A DNA stretch of 64,000 nt from Macrostomum hystrix (Eukaryota > Animalia > Platyhelminthes), in NCBI GenBank assembly GCA_950097015.1, contig CATNEN010000003.1:9920001-9984000 (forward strand), in the 5' to 3' direction. This document shows, piece after piece, positions 25,998 through 40,200 of the stretch. A program made the position numbers and the translations under genes. Below the pieces are notes generated by a model that ran no database searches, had not been told where the DNA came from, and saw only the letters and a program-made list of their open reading frames with translations. The first letter of the stretch is position 1. Every line of letters starts with the position of its first letter.

Positions 25998-28900
25998 TTC
26001 TTAGCAATTATTTTTCTTAATGGTTTGTCTGATTCTGAAAATCAATAGGTCACTGTAAGGTTATGTTTATCGGTCTATTTTATATTTCAGGCCAAAAATA
26101 TCCATGACTTTTCAACGTCAACATTGTTAAGCAATGAAAACAAAATAAATAGAAATTTCGGCTTCTTATTTGGCTTCAGTGAGTCGTTCTTAAAGAACAC
26201 AAGCATAAAGGGGGCTTCGATCAAAATTATCCTCACGCACCATATCACCAAGGCAACTGGTTTCGAAATATATAATGTGACAAGGAGCAATACTAATACA
26301 TGTATATGGAATGCTATGTGATAGCTGATATCTTTTTTAACGCGGATAAAACAGAAATGAAGAGTTGTACTGTACTCAATATTTTCAAGCATCGTGACTT
26401 CAAGAGATTCGTAGACAGTATAGAAAAAGTTGCTTGCTAATTATTAGCTAAAAAATTGTGGGTGCATCAAGATTAAAGCTCTATTGACAGATAGGTCAGG
26501 CAAACAGACTGAAAGACAAGTTCTAGAATATACCAATGATCCAATAAGGATGAACGGGTAAGACAGTACGATCGAGGTATTGGGGTAGAAAGATAGTAGG
26601 GCCTATTACTAGCATAATCATATCGCAGATCATTCTGCATGGATTTCAACGAATGTAAAATCGTCAATCGCCAATTACATTATTGCTTTTTTATAGCTTT
26701 ATAGCTATTCTAGCAATTCAGTGAATCTATTAGATTGTATAATCCAATTCTGAGTGTAGCTACTCTGTACTCCATAGAAGCCTATAAATATGCTTGAGTA
26801 TAGCAATTAGCTTTCGACTATGCACGCACAAAGGAAATATAAGAAACGGCAGTATACTAGCGATTTCATTCGTAACTTACAAAGGTAACATTATGATCAA
26901 AGGGAATTTCAAATTATTAAGGTACAAACATCGCCAATCAAGCAAGTACAAACGTCGTTCTGTAGTGCTGCAGGCGGCCTGTCTGTCTCTCTTCCAGAAG
27001 TTGTAGCGAATTTGGCGCAGATTTGTAATCGATAAGCATCAAAATTTCATCTATGTTTGTTCTCCACTCCAACGATAATCGTATAGCGAACCCAAGTGAC
27101 AAACTGACCAAATTTGGATTAAAACCGTTTGCAAAGATCGTTCTCTAAATATCTGATCTCTCCCGACTTTAGCAGCAAATAGAAGCGACACAAGCTTGTA
27201 TACTTAAAGGACGATAAAAAATATTAAAATCAAATTCAAGATTTAATCGTAAATGGAAAAGATTGCTAAGCTGCTTAGCAGCAAGCCTACAACTTCTAAG
27301 CCTAAGTCGAGATTTGAGATGCAGAGGGGTTTAAAAAAGATGAACTGAACGCTTCTAGTGAAGACGAACGAAGGGGTGTCCCCAGGCTGCGCTGCGATAT
27401 CTGTGGCCAGAACCGACTAGGCTATACATTTTTACCATAGACTAAACAGCAATCAAAGTTAAGTATTTCATGCCGTCGGCCCGTCGTAAGCAGAAAAGAA
27501 TAATTTAAATCTAACTTTATTGTAAATATTGTTAAAAACATTCTTTTTCTACTACTAACTTAGTAGAACCGCTAAACTGCTGCTCGTAAAATAAAAAATT
27601 ATTCACTTTGAGTTTCCCGAAATTCGACCTTAATTCCCAAATAGCGAAGTGGAATTGGAAAAAACTTTATTGAGTGACAATTCCACAGAAACTTAATAAC
27701 ATGAAAGTAGTATAGAAATGAAAGATAAGAGATGTTAAAATTTTAGATTTTACTTAAAATTAGTTTGAAATATATACCTTTACAAGCTATACTACTTCAT
27801 ATTCTCCCAATGCTTATGATGCTAGTATATGACGAAAAATGATTTGCTATTTTGCGATTGGACTAAAGTCTAAAACAACAGACTTGACGTTTTTTACTCT
27901 GGATCACTAAGCCGAAAAAACGAAGCATGATTTAGCAAGGACAGGCCGAGCTAGAAGGTAACGGGCTAGTGAAAATTACTTACCGTCTGCTTTAATTAAT
28001 AAATATAAATTTAAAGGGATCGGAACACCTAACTAAATGATCTAATTATTTTTCATGGACTAAAAAATCTTAATGGACACAGTAAACATTTAGTCACTAA
28101 CTAAAGTAAAGCTAAAACAGGCAATGGAACTTTTCCATTATCTACCTTAAAAGAAACCAGAAACTAAAATGCCGAAAGGACGATAAATTAATCGGACCTA
28201 AACCCCACGATTCATGGATACACAATCAATTGTGGACTATTTCTAGGGTACTTGGCGTTGGGATTCGTAGTAGGGATCTTAGTCTTGACTCTTGAAAGGA
28301 TGGTATATAAACCCAAAAGCTGAGCCCTCTAAAATAACCTTGGGGTAACGGCATGAAAAAACATTCCGCTAGTCGATGCCATCTAAACCGCCTTAGCTTG
28401 TAATCCATTCATAATCCATTAGTGAGAAAAGACCATTCCCAGAGTTCGCTCATGACGCCATTCTAAGCAATAGTTCACCATGTAGACACTGTTCGGGAAA
28501 CTTGAAGACGGGCCGCGAATAACAAGTAAAATTTCGACGCGCTTGCATGGCAATTTTGCAACGTGTGATTGTAAATGTAGTTACAGGCTACAGCCTTTTG
28601 GCCCTTGGAGTTGGGGCGCAAATAAAGATAGGCAGATTTACCGCGTTCATTTCAAATAAAAGCCTGAGTGAAAATTGTCAGAGCCTCTCGCTCAGTTAAG
28701 AAGAGGCATTGGGTCAGCCTTAACAAAAAGGGTGGGTAAGGAATGGAGGGTTGGTACGCTTCCGACCCCTGAAAATCGATAAGATATGCGCCAGGGCATG
28801 CGGGAGAGACAGAGGGTCGCTATTGGCAACGTGCGTACACAGAATGAAGGGGGTTGAAGTCTGCTATCGATCTAGCTAAAGGATAGAACAGCGGGGGCAG

Positions 28901-30693
28901 CGGAGAACGGCAAGGCTAAATGTACATAGCCTGGGCGGCGTTTTCTCACCCAGTGGCCTGTGCCTAACAAGCAACGGGAGAGGCAACTATTTTTAGAGAT
29001 GAGAGACACTCTCTAACCCACAAACTTCAGCCCTGTCTCAAGACAAGACCGACAGCTGGCGAGTGTACACTGCAGTGCCTAACACGAATGCAGAACACTG
29101 CCTCGCGCGAGAATTTTGGATTGGTTGGCCAACTAGACAAACTAGCAATGCAAATTATTGCTTACTGCGTGGATGATGCTGGCTCTTATCATACGATTCA
29201 CTAATCACTGTCTGCTTCTGCTTGCGTTAATGCTTGCTTACAACGTTGGCTTAGCCTTGTTTGTTAAGCTGCAACTGCCTGCCTGCAAGTGTATCAGTTC
29301 AGTCAATTCAGTCTCGCTTACCCAATATCAATTCCACAATCAACAACAATTGATTGGTAACGCAGTCTTTTACACTCTAAGCCAATTCAATGCAATACAA
29401 ATTCCAATCTAATTATCCAATGCATCTCGCAGCATCTGTGACTGTGGTCTAGATTTTTCCGCTACATTTGAATTTTGAATTTTGAATTTTGAATTAAATG
29501 TCAGGACAGGATCATAGAATTCAGCTAGAATTTACGATTAATGGGTTGGGAACGTCGTCTTGGACTCTTATCTTAAGGCTTGTTTGCGTTTGATCGCTGA
29601 TGATAACTTAATATGCTGATCCTTAATTATAATTTAATGATTCGACATAAAACCTCTTTGCCACATTCTTATTGCGATCTGCGACACATTTTTTTAGTCT
29701 CAACTAGTACCTTACTGAAATAATATATACTCGTACGTACAGTCTATTTCGAAAACTCCGCGCCTTTGTAGTAGAGTAGAGTAGACCAATATTCCAAAAT
29801 TTCAGTCGCTGTTACTTTGGGTCTTCTTCCTAAAATTAAGGTAAAAAAGCGAATTGTGATGATGACTACTACTGCGAAAGTAGAAGTTTACGAAAAATAC
29901 TTCTAAAATACATAAGTACTCACATATGCATCCAAATTCTGAAATCAATAATAAATAATCACAGGTAACAAAAACTTGCTACACGTGCAAGCTTAATTTA
30001 TATAGAAATAATGTTCTTGCTCCTGTCAAAATGGCTGCAAAATGCAGAAATAAACACATAAAATAGAATAATGAGGACATCACGAAAACGCAACAATATT
30101 GACATATCTATCATCTGTCGTCTTACTCCGTCACACTGATGCCTGGAAAAATGTATAAATATTAAATTCGATATATTTTTACTACCATGGTTCAGTAAAC
30201 AGTTTTTAGAGAATAATAATGCATTTGCAAGCATTAAACAGTTGTTTGGTCTAATCTATAATCAGGGAGATAACATATTTGGCATTTTATTTACAAAAGT
30301 CCGCAAGCTGTATGTACTAAAACGAAAGGAAGTATGTTATAACTAACTTAGCCAAGCAAAATTATAAAACGTGATGTATTAATAAAAACAACATGTGAGT
30401 TCTGTTTAAAATTATTTTTTTGTTAGTTAGGTATTTAAATATTTTTCAAATGTCTATATTCTATGAAAAATAGAAGAAGTTTTAAAAGTAGGCCTAGTCT
30501 TCTGCACTTTACTTCAAGACTTAGTATTTTACAATTTCGCGTACTAAGGAATTTTCACTAAAATTCAACCTGCTACTTTCATTCTCTTGTTCGACCATAT
30601 CAGCTGCATGCTGTAGAGTTTAGTTTAGATCATATTTATGCTAATAGCTAATAAGTTCGCTGTATTGTTTATAAAAATTGCAAATAGGCCCCT

Positions 30694-33272
30694 ATGGCAG
30701 AGAGTATCCAATCAAATATAAACACAAACTCGAATGTCAATGAGTCTAATGAAGATAAGTTTTCAATTAAGGTCCACGAATCAGAACATGTGAGTTTATT
30801 CATTTTGGCGCCACTGTCAAGGCTGTCAACCTAGTTGTTTTATTTTGGCCTAATGCCATAGAGTGCCACATAAAACATACAAACATAATTATAAACCGAA
30901 AACTTGAAAGTTGACTAACTGGCTTTAGCTTGGACCATTCTTGTATTTCGTTTTTTTCTCAATTAGAAATTGTTTGGTCATATAGGCCCCTACAATATTA
31001 CAGTGATTACATAAGATTTGGCTTGACTAACATTAGGAATTGGCGACATACATTCACTTTTGTTTGTTAAATTATTTTTCCTTGAAATATAATGTTTTTG
31101 GTTTAAAACAATGTTGGGAACAGATAAATGAATAACAATGAACAATATTAGTGCCTGTCAGAATGTCTGGAACTCTGGATGTCAGGCAGTGGTGGCGCAG
31201 TTTTTATTTTTACATAGCAATATTTTTAGAGTCATATAACTTTTAATACATAATTGCCATGGTCAACTTGCCATTATTTGGTAATTAGACTGATATAGTT
31301 GCTATGGTGTCTAATTGTGTTAAAAATGTTACTTCAATTTAGTTTACCCAACTTCTTGTTATCAACCCTTAATATATTCTTAAATAGTTTTTTGTGGCAG
31401 TTATTAGAGACTAGAAAAGCTTCACTACTAGAGATTACACAATGCAGTGCTAAAAACCTAGTTGTTTTAGAGTATATTAAACAAGATTAGAACCATACAT
31501 GTGCAACCTCCCAAATCTTAGCTGGCTGTGCAACTTAGTTTTTGCTCTCATTTGCAACTTAGTTTGTTTCATTGCTCTATTTATGACTTAGTTTGCTCTC
31601 ATTTGCTCTCTTTCTCTCCCCTTTTTCCTTTTCTTCATGCCTTCCTTTTTTGTCCCTTGGTCCCCCTTTGATTTTTTTGCGCTTGGTTGATTGGTTTTTG
31701 CGGCTTACCTTGCTTGGCCCTTGTTTCACCTGGCCGGTTTGGCCGGGTTGGCCGGGTGTTGCTCATGTATGATTGGAACACACAATTGTTCATTCTTATC
31801 ATTACATTTAATTATATTTTTATCTTGATCCTGAGTAATCTCGAAAATCTCAATCCTATTCACCATTCACTATCTGATGAGATGACCTTGGTTTTTATTT
31901 TATATAATTGTTGACTTTTTGGGGGTTAAATAGCACTGTAGCAAGTTTGCCTCATCGAGCTTGTTTTGGCAGAAAGGCAACATTTATTTAGGATGTAGCT
32001 ACCAAGAGATGGCTTAGGGGCTTGTTGTGCAATTAATGCTTAAGGGCAAAGTACATTTTTACACTGCCTGATGATGAGAAAGTCAGGGAAGATGTAGACA
32101 CCTGTGTGAGCTAATGCCTACGTACAATATGTGTGTCTGCTTAGGAGTCAGGGAAAGGGGCAGAATTGCCTCTTTGCTGGCTGCAGGTCTAGTGTCACCA
32201 AATGATGTGACATTGCCCACAGCCCTCCTCAAATTATCATACATATTATTATGTTTTGAAATATTTAGTTAACACAAATCAGTATTTTATTCAAAACATT
32301 TATACTCTGTTTTATTAAAACTTATTTTCTATTTTAACTGCATTCAAAGATCTCCTTGCCTGTGGAAGGTGTCCTGACAAGTGGTATTGGTAGTGATCTA
32401 GGTGCTACAGGTCCTCAAATTTCAACAAGCACTGCCAATAGAGATTTCGAGCCATCAACTATTGATGAGCCAGTTAAGGATACAATATTGCGCGATGCAA
32501 AAGCAATTGGCCTCAAGTTTTATCGAGTGTTTGTGCCGCGATCAAGCAGGACTTTACTCAGAGACTGTGAGACAGCTGCTTTATATATGATTCATTTGCT
32601 TTTGATTGTTTATACTATTTGATTAAAATTTTAATATTTTAGGGGATTTGTGGGGCCCACTAATTCTATGCACTGTACTGGCTCTGTGAGTTCATTAATT
32701 TCTTTGAAGAGATTTAAAATTACTTGAAATTTTGTTATAAAAATGTATATGTTTTTAATATTCTTATTTGCTAAATGTGTGGAAAAATCCAAATTGTTTA
32801 TATAGAGTGCTTCAAGGTCAACACAGTAGCAGCAGCAGCAGCCACGACGGCGGACCTCAATTCGCCCAGGTGTTCATCATCTACTGGGTCGGGGCTGCTG
32901 TTGTAACACTGAACGCCCAGCTCCTTAGCCAGAGCGGCTCTGACAAGAATTCGGCCAAGACTTCACCCCCAGGTAGGCTCCAGAACTCATAAACTGATGC
33001 TGAAAATGATGCACAATGTACTCACTTTTTCACTCGCTTCCCAAAAGTCCCTTTATTTAATTTATTTATTAATAGGATTCCTGCAGTCAGTGTGCGTTCT
33101 TGGCTACTGCGTGCTGCCACTGCTGCTGGCACTGATTATCAGCAAGTTGGTTGGCTTGGTCATTTCAAGCTCTAGCCTTGGCGTCTTCCTGTTGCGCTGT
33201 CTGTCCACCGCGGCAGGCCTGGTCTGGTCTGTCTTTGCCGCGTCCACGGCGTTTCTACCCGCTGCTGAGGTC

Positions 33273-33305
<33 letters not shown>

Positions 33306-33401
33306 CGAGATTTGTTTGCTAAACGCAAAATTTTGGTAGCCTATCCTATCTGTCTATTCTATCTTGTGTTAGCCTGGCTAGTGCTTGCTGGTTCTGCTTA
33401 A
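30694..33401 (+). CDS. YIPF6: Yip1 domain family member 6 (Golgi membrane protein); 5 coding exons, about 282 aa
   Basis: Exons 30694-30789, 32350-32566, 32643-32685, 32806-32972 and 33076-33401, 849 nt in frame. Signature motifs STIDEPVKDTILRD, LLRDWDLWGPL, GGPQFAQVF, GFLQSVCVLGYC, VAYPICLFY. Exon 1 is less certain. Confidence 0.92.
32010..32237 (+). mobile_element. SINE family B, partial copy in YIPF6 intron 1
   Basis: ACACTGCCTGATGATGAGAAAGTCAGGG...GGTCTAGTGTCACCAAATGATGTGACATTGCCCACAGCCCTCC matches the reverse complement of 44066-44250. Confidence 0.85.
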
Positions 33402-34015
33402 AATGGTACATTAATTGTCCTTTTTGCAATTTCGCTGCTTTAAGCACGCGTGGGTGTGTACATCTGAGCCTAATTTCTCATTGTCATTAGGCCTGTAGCG
33501 GCTATTACCAGTTTAATGCAAGCAAAATTCAATTCTTGTTACACAAGTAATTCGGTCTAATTATATTTTGTGTGCAATATTTGTTTTTATTGATTTCTAT
33601 AGCCCTGTGTTTTATATTCTTTGATACACTTTTGATTTTAATCATTTACTTAAATTAGACTGTTTTTTATTGAAGCTATTACAATCAGTGTCGTGATGAT
33701 GTTTTGGTTCTATTTTTGTAGTAATTTTTTTGTTTGATTCGCTTCTTTAGTTTTTAGCCGGCTGCAAATACGGAATAACCATGACAATCGAAACGCTGTT
33801 TTCCATTTTCATATATATTGTTTTATTGTTAGTTTTTCGTGACATCAAAATGCAAATGCATAAAAAGTATTACGTAGCATATTTTGTCAACTTTTTCGCT
33901 CTAAATTGTTTCGGTTGGTTTGTTTTAATTTTCGTCCTCAAATTCCTACGAGAAAAATAGTATTCGGCAAAAAATACGAGTTAACATTCACTAGCTACCA
34001 AATTTACACATTCCA

Positions 34016-34125
34016 CCAGCCAATCCCGAGCCGCTTCTTATGTACATATGCTCTCAGCCAATCCCGAGCCGCTTCTAATGTACATATGCTCCCAGCCAAT
34101 CCCGAGCCGCTTCTAATGTACTCAT
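34016..34125 (+). promoter_or_regulatory. Three tandem 38-bp units, each with a CCAAT box, upstream of the ankyrin/SOCS gene
   Basis: CAGCCAATCCCGAGCCGCTTCT[T/A]ATGTAC repeated three times; regulatory role is inference. Confidence 0.45.
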
Positions 34126-34218
34126 GTTCTCCACAAATCAAATCCCAGCCAGTCTTTCTGTTGTTATTACTTCAGCTAGTCTCAAATTCATCACTCGGCA
34201 CTCAACCAACAGACCAAG

Positions 34219-37200
34219 ATGCTGTCAGCTCTAGGCAGCGTAGCCAATCGTCTGCACTCGATGGCTGTCGGCCTGTCCACCTGGGGCACTGGCCGCCAAT
34301 CGATATCCGCTTCGTCTAATCTTGCCAACTCCAACGATGTCAATAATCTAGACGACGAAGATGATAGTTTGGGCGCCCTAGAAGAAGCTTCCGTCGATTT
34401 AGAATTTCTGGTTTACAAGCTTCAACAGTTGCCAGAGTTGGCGGACAACAATGAGCGCGCAGCGGCTGAACGAGAGCTGCGGAGGCTGCTGCCGCGTCAG
34501 TATCGACGCTTTCGAGAGCGCTTGAGTCCCGGCCTGCGCGGCTACACACTGTTGCAGTACGCTGTACAGTCTCGCAGTGAGATGCTGGTGAAACTGCTGC
34601 TCGATCTGGGAGCAGATCCCAACGCTGCTGCCTCGGAGTGCAGCGCGCCATTGCACACAGCCTGCCGATTGAACTGCTTTGCGCTGTTTGAGCTGCTGCT
34701 GAATCGAGGCGCTCGTGTTGACGTCGCCTCCGCCGGCTGTTTTCCATTGCCACACGGCGGCAGAAGGCGAAGTCGAGCCCCCGCCGCCAATCGTCGCGAA
34801 GCCGGTCACGGCGATGATGCCGCTGAAGCTGCAAATGAAGACGACGAAGATGAAATCGATGACGATGTTGAAGGTCGAGGCGGCGACGCTTGTCGTCGCG
34901 TCTCGAATACATTCGGCGGTGGTGTCGGCATTTTGGGCATCGGTCTTGGCGGCGAGAGCGCTCGCAGGTTTGGGCTATAGTGGAATCTGGTCTGCTCGTA
35001 TGTTGCTTGACAGTAATCACACCTATCGGTAGGGGTTATACTAGGGGATTGTATCCTAGTGGCTGGAGCGTCGGACTCACGATTTGAATGTCAGGGATTC
35101 GATTCCCAACTTGGCGGGTAAAAATACCTATCATTGCAAGACGCTCAACTCTGCACTGCTTCAGTTCACCCAGCTGTTAAATGGGTACCAGAGGTTGGGT
35201 TTGGCGTCGCCTCCATGGACTGATTGCTTTTTCACAGTTTCTAAGAGTACATTACTCAAAGGGAGTTTCTCACAGGGAATTTTTTTATACGTATAAGTAT
35301 GAAAGATGATGGAAAGGTGTCTGACAGAATAATTTTCTGACAAAAGAGAGCTTTGGCAGACAGTTGTCTGACAGCGTGTGTACAGGACTCCCAACCAATC
35401 CTCCTAAACTGCAGGTGTCGCGATCATCCCCAGCTGCCTGTCGAAATCCTAGTTGAATCAGATCGTGCTGATTGGCTTCGACTGCTCCTCGAAGAGCCTA
35501 TAGCAACCGCCTGGCAACGCCGCATGTCCCTACAGGCGTTGTTTGTGGCCGCATGTCGTTCCGGCGCCACCGCCTGCGCCAAGCTGCTGTTAAAGAGTGC
35601 AGCGAATGTGTCAGACAGACTGCCAGAGCCTCCGCCAACCTTCGCAATGCCCGCCTTCCCCAGCTTTTCGGGGTGAGCGAATTTTAGTTTCGACATCGAA
35701 ACGCATTGAGTACGATTCAAGCCTGTACTACTTCAATTGTTCATAAATCTGAGATAACTTGACGCAAAGCAAAATTTATCATAACTCTTGTGATTTTAGT
35801 GATACGGATTTGAATTGCAGTGCGTTTAACGCGTTAAAGGCACCAAGGTCCTTGAGGTCAATTCCGCGGCGAGGCCACATTAATTAGGGGCGCAGCCGCG
35901 GCGAGGCCACATTAATTAGGGGCGCAGCCGCGGCGAGGCCACATTAATTAGGGGCGCAGCCGCGGCGAGGCCACATTAATTAGGGGCGCAGCCGCGGCGA
36001 GGCCACATTAATTAGGGGCGCAGCCGCGGCGAGGCCACATTAATTAGGGGCGCAGCCGCGGCGAGGCCACATTAATTAGGGGCGCAGCCGCGGCGAGGCC
36101 ACATTAATTAGGGGCGCAGCCGCGGCGAGGCCACATTAATTAGGGGCGCAGCCGCGGCGAGGCCACATTAATTAGGGGCGCAGCCGCGGCGAGGCCACAT
36201 TAATTAGGGGCGCAGCCGCGGCGAGGCCACATTCATTAGGGGCGCAGCCGCGGAGAGAAGGCTTGGGACTTGTCGTGAAATTTTCGCCCCTGAGGCCTGA
36301 TGAGGGCCAACCTCCAAGGCACAGTGAGGGTGTACACTGCCTGAGCAAGTCAGGGCAGTATACACCCGTGTGCGTCTTCAGTAGTCAGAGAGATGGGCAG
36401 AATTGCCTCACTAAATTGTGGGACATTGCCCGCAGCCCTCCTGCAATTAATATTATAATTAACATTACAATTGTTATTATTATATTTATAAGTGATTTCA
36501 TGCCTAAAACGACGAAAAGTGTGACCAACAACACGTCTCATACAACTTGGCTTGAAACGTACAATAGAGGGTTCATTGCAAGTCAGAGCTTGAGGCAACG
36601 GCCTTTGACACTAGCGGCGAGTGAGGCCATCATTGAGCATCATTGGTTAAAATTTCCAACAACCCCATTGCCAAGGGGCAATTAATTCTATGCAATGGCA
36701 GACGATTGCCTGAAGGCGATTGCCATGAAGTAAAATTTTAGGCAAGGATAATTTTATTTGCACCTGTTCTGATCGTTGACTTTACACCTCTTAAGACAGT
36801 TCATTTTACACGTTTGTAAGATAATCGACTTTACTCCTTGTGGGATGCCTCTTCCTGCCTCTAAAGATTCTCGTGATTTACTTTCCATCTGCAATGATAT
36901 TTCAGGCAGTTCACGCCCAAGATTTAGACTAGCTTTTTACTAAAAAGCCAGACTTAACACCTAAGTTGGAGGTTTGCTGTTAGTTAATAAAAATGTACTT
37001 CAAGCCTGTTAATATATCAGACTTCACGCCTGCTACCAAAATTAGTTCCTAATTTTTTTTATTTATGAACATCTGCTAAAAAGTTAGTCTGGTCTTCGAC
37101 ACTTATTACGAAAGAGCTTATCTCACTGGTCCAAGAAAATGACACGACACTTGTCATAAACTTACTAGTTAAAATACGAGTAATTAAGTGCTTATTTAAT

Positions 37201-40200
37201 ACGCCGGGCATTGCGGCTGTGCCGTCGGCTATTTATCTGGCCAATCAATTATAATTATACTCGTAGATAAGAAAAACAAACTTAACAAGACTGGAGCTAA
37301 GTTACTATAAGATAAGAATGTGCCTAAGATATACTAAATTGTCTACATATCGATTGGTTTAGATGTTGCAAATGATGCGACAATAAATTGTGCACTTTTT
37401 TAAATGACAAACATAGGAGTATTAGACACAAGCATAGGGAACACCTGTTGTAAAACCTTAATTTGGTGTCCTACTCAAAGACTCATTGACTTATTGCCTC
37501 AATTCACTAGACAGCCAAGTCGTCAACAAGATGCAGAAATTCGCCTCAACGATCCTGACGAAGACGGTTTAACACCGCTAATGCACGCCGCTGTGAGCAG
37601 CTTTGAGCTGTTCCGCCTATTGTTGGAATCTGGCGCCTCTGTCAGTCAACTATCAGCCAGGGACGAGTGCGTGCTGCACGTGCTGTTTCGCAATTTGAGT
37701 CGAGTTGATCGAATGGTGGATAAGGTTCGTTTGGCCCTAGGCAGCGGCCTTGAAGAGATCATCGATCAACAGGATGCGGATGGCAACACTGTTCTGCACC
37801 ATCTGGTGTCTCACGTTAATAACAATGTGCGTTACATTGACTTCGATTCTGTTCTGGTCATTGCCAGTCTGGGCGATGCTTCGGCCAGACAGCAGGCGGC
37901 TTATCAGCGCGAGGTGCTGGACTGTATGCGACTGGTGCTAAGCCACAACTGCAATCCTCGGCTGCCTAATGACAAAGTAAGAATAGTGTTGTTATTTCCT
38001 GTGTTGAACTGTGCGAGGGAAAGTGTAGCTTTCCTGGTATCTGGAGTATGAGTAGGGTTCAGAGTAGGGGATTCCCAGTGTTCAGAGTAGGGGATTCTCG
38101 GTGTTCAGAGTAGGGGATTCCCAGTGTTCAGAGTAGGGGATTCACAGTGTTCAGAGTAGGGGATTCCCAGTGTTCAGAGTAGGGGATTCTCGGTGTTCAG
38201 AGTAGGGGATTCCCAGTGTTCAGAGTAGGGGATTCTCTGCGTTCAGAGTAGGGGATTCTCTGCGTTCAGAGTAGGGGATTCCCAGTGTTCAGAGTAGGGG
38301 ATTCTCTGCGTTCAGAGTAGGGGATTCCCAGTGTTCAGAGTAGGGGATTGCCGGTGTTCAGAGTAGGGGATTGCCGGTGTTCAGAGTAGGGGATTCCCAG
38401 TGTTCAGAGTAGGGGATTGCCGGTGTTCAGAGTAGGGGATTCACAGTGTTCAGAGTAGGGGATTCTCGGTGTTCAGAGTAGGGGATTCTCGGTGTTCAGA
38501 GTAGAGGATTGCCGGTGTTCAGAGTAGGGGATTCTCGGTGTTCAGAGTAGGGGATTCTCGGTGTTCAGAGTAGGGGATTCTCGGTGTTCAGAGTAGGGGA
38601 TTGCCGGTGTTCAGAGTAGGGGATTCTCGGTGTTCAGAGTAGGGGATTGCCGGTGTTCAGAGTAGGGGATTCTCGGTGTTCAGAGTAGGGGATTCTCGGT
38701 GTTTAGAGTAGGGGATTCTCGGCGTTCAGAGTAGGGGATTGCCGGTGTTCAGAGTAGGGGATTCCCAGTGTTCAGAGTAGGGGATTCTCGGTGTTCAGAG
38801 TAGGGGATTCCCAGTGTTCAGAGTAGGGGATTCACAGTGTTCAGAGTAGGGGATTCTCGGTGTTCAGAGTAGGGGATTCCCAGTGTTCAGAGTAGGGGAT
38901 TCTCGGTGTTCAGAGTAGGGGATTTCCAGTGTTCAGAGTGTGAGATTGCTGTGAGTTATTAGTTTTTGTGCCTTAAAATTCAGTCCATGGACTGAAAGTC
39001 TATACACTGCCTTTGATTTCGCCGCGCAATAATTTTATCTAGGGCGACACACCATTTGGCCAGCTATTGTCCAGCTTCTACACATTTCTCACCTTTAATG
39101 TTGAGCCGAATTTCGCCGACCCGCTGTCCTACCTGTACGTGTTCGACATGGCCGTGTTAGCCGAGGCCATGGACATGCTCCTGACTGCTGGGTCTTGTCC
39201 AAATGAAGCAATTCTGTGCGGCCAGCTACCGTTGAAGGTGCTGCTTAATGGCATTCTCAACATCAGCCCCATCCAGTACGAGGAGCTCAGACCCGGTTTC
39301 ATGGCCGCCCTGCGCTGCTTGTGCGAGAGAGGCGCGAGGGTCAACTTCCAGATGAAGAATGACCAGGTAAAAGATTGGTTTCTGGGATTTGTGTAGATCT
39401 AGTTTTCCCAGACGTTTTTTGTTACACCAGAGTAGGAATTGTGGATTTTATGAATATCTGATTATCCCATACTGGGGATTTAGGATTAACAGATTTTCCC
39501 ATACTGGGGATTTATGTATATCAGATTATCCCATACCGGGGATTTATGAATGTCAGATTATCCCATACTGGGGATTTTTGAATATCAGATTATCCCATAC
39601 TGGGGATTTATGAATATCCGATTATCCCATACTGGGGATTTATGTATATCAGATTATCCCATACCGGGGATTTATGAATGTCAGATTATCCCATACTGGG
39701 GATTTTTGAATATCAGATTATCCCATACTGGGGATTTATGAATTTATCCCATACTGGGGATTTATGAATATCCGATTATCCCATACTGGGGATCTAGGAT
39801 TATCCGATTATCCCATACTGGGATTTATGAATATCAGATTATCCCATACTGGGGATTTGGGGATTTCAGATTATCCAAGACAACATTTGTGCATTAGTTG
39901 TCCCAGATTAGGTTGTAAGGCCTTGGTATCACTTGATCAGGATTTTTACCTGTTAAGTTATTTAGTTTAATAAAAATTGTGTAAACAGGGATTTTTACTG
40001 ATTTATCCCAAATAATGTAGTTGCATCTAATATTTATCCCAATTTAATCTTGCAGGGCAACTGCATGTCCCTAGTGGCTGCCTTGGCTGAGAACATTCTG
40101 AACATGGGCACCACAGTTGGCATTGGGCCACTCGTGCACAATGACGAAGCCAAACGGTTAAATGTGCAGTTCCTAGACGAGATTCTGAGGCTGCTTCTGT

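Noticed and set aside
32060-32090. Hammerhead ribozyme (CTGATGA..GAAA-like) in SINE B
   Set aside because: No stem II between CTGATGA and GAAA and no three-way junction; other copies read CTGACGATGAGAAAG and fold as a simple hairpin
35864-36253. 32-bp repeat as a CRISPR array
   Set aside because: Units are head-to-tail with no unique spacers, there are no cas genes, the context is a eukaryotic intron, and the unit derives from a SINE
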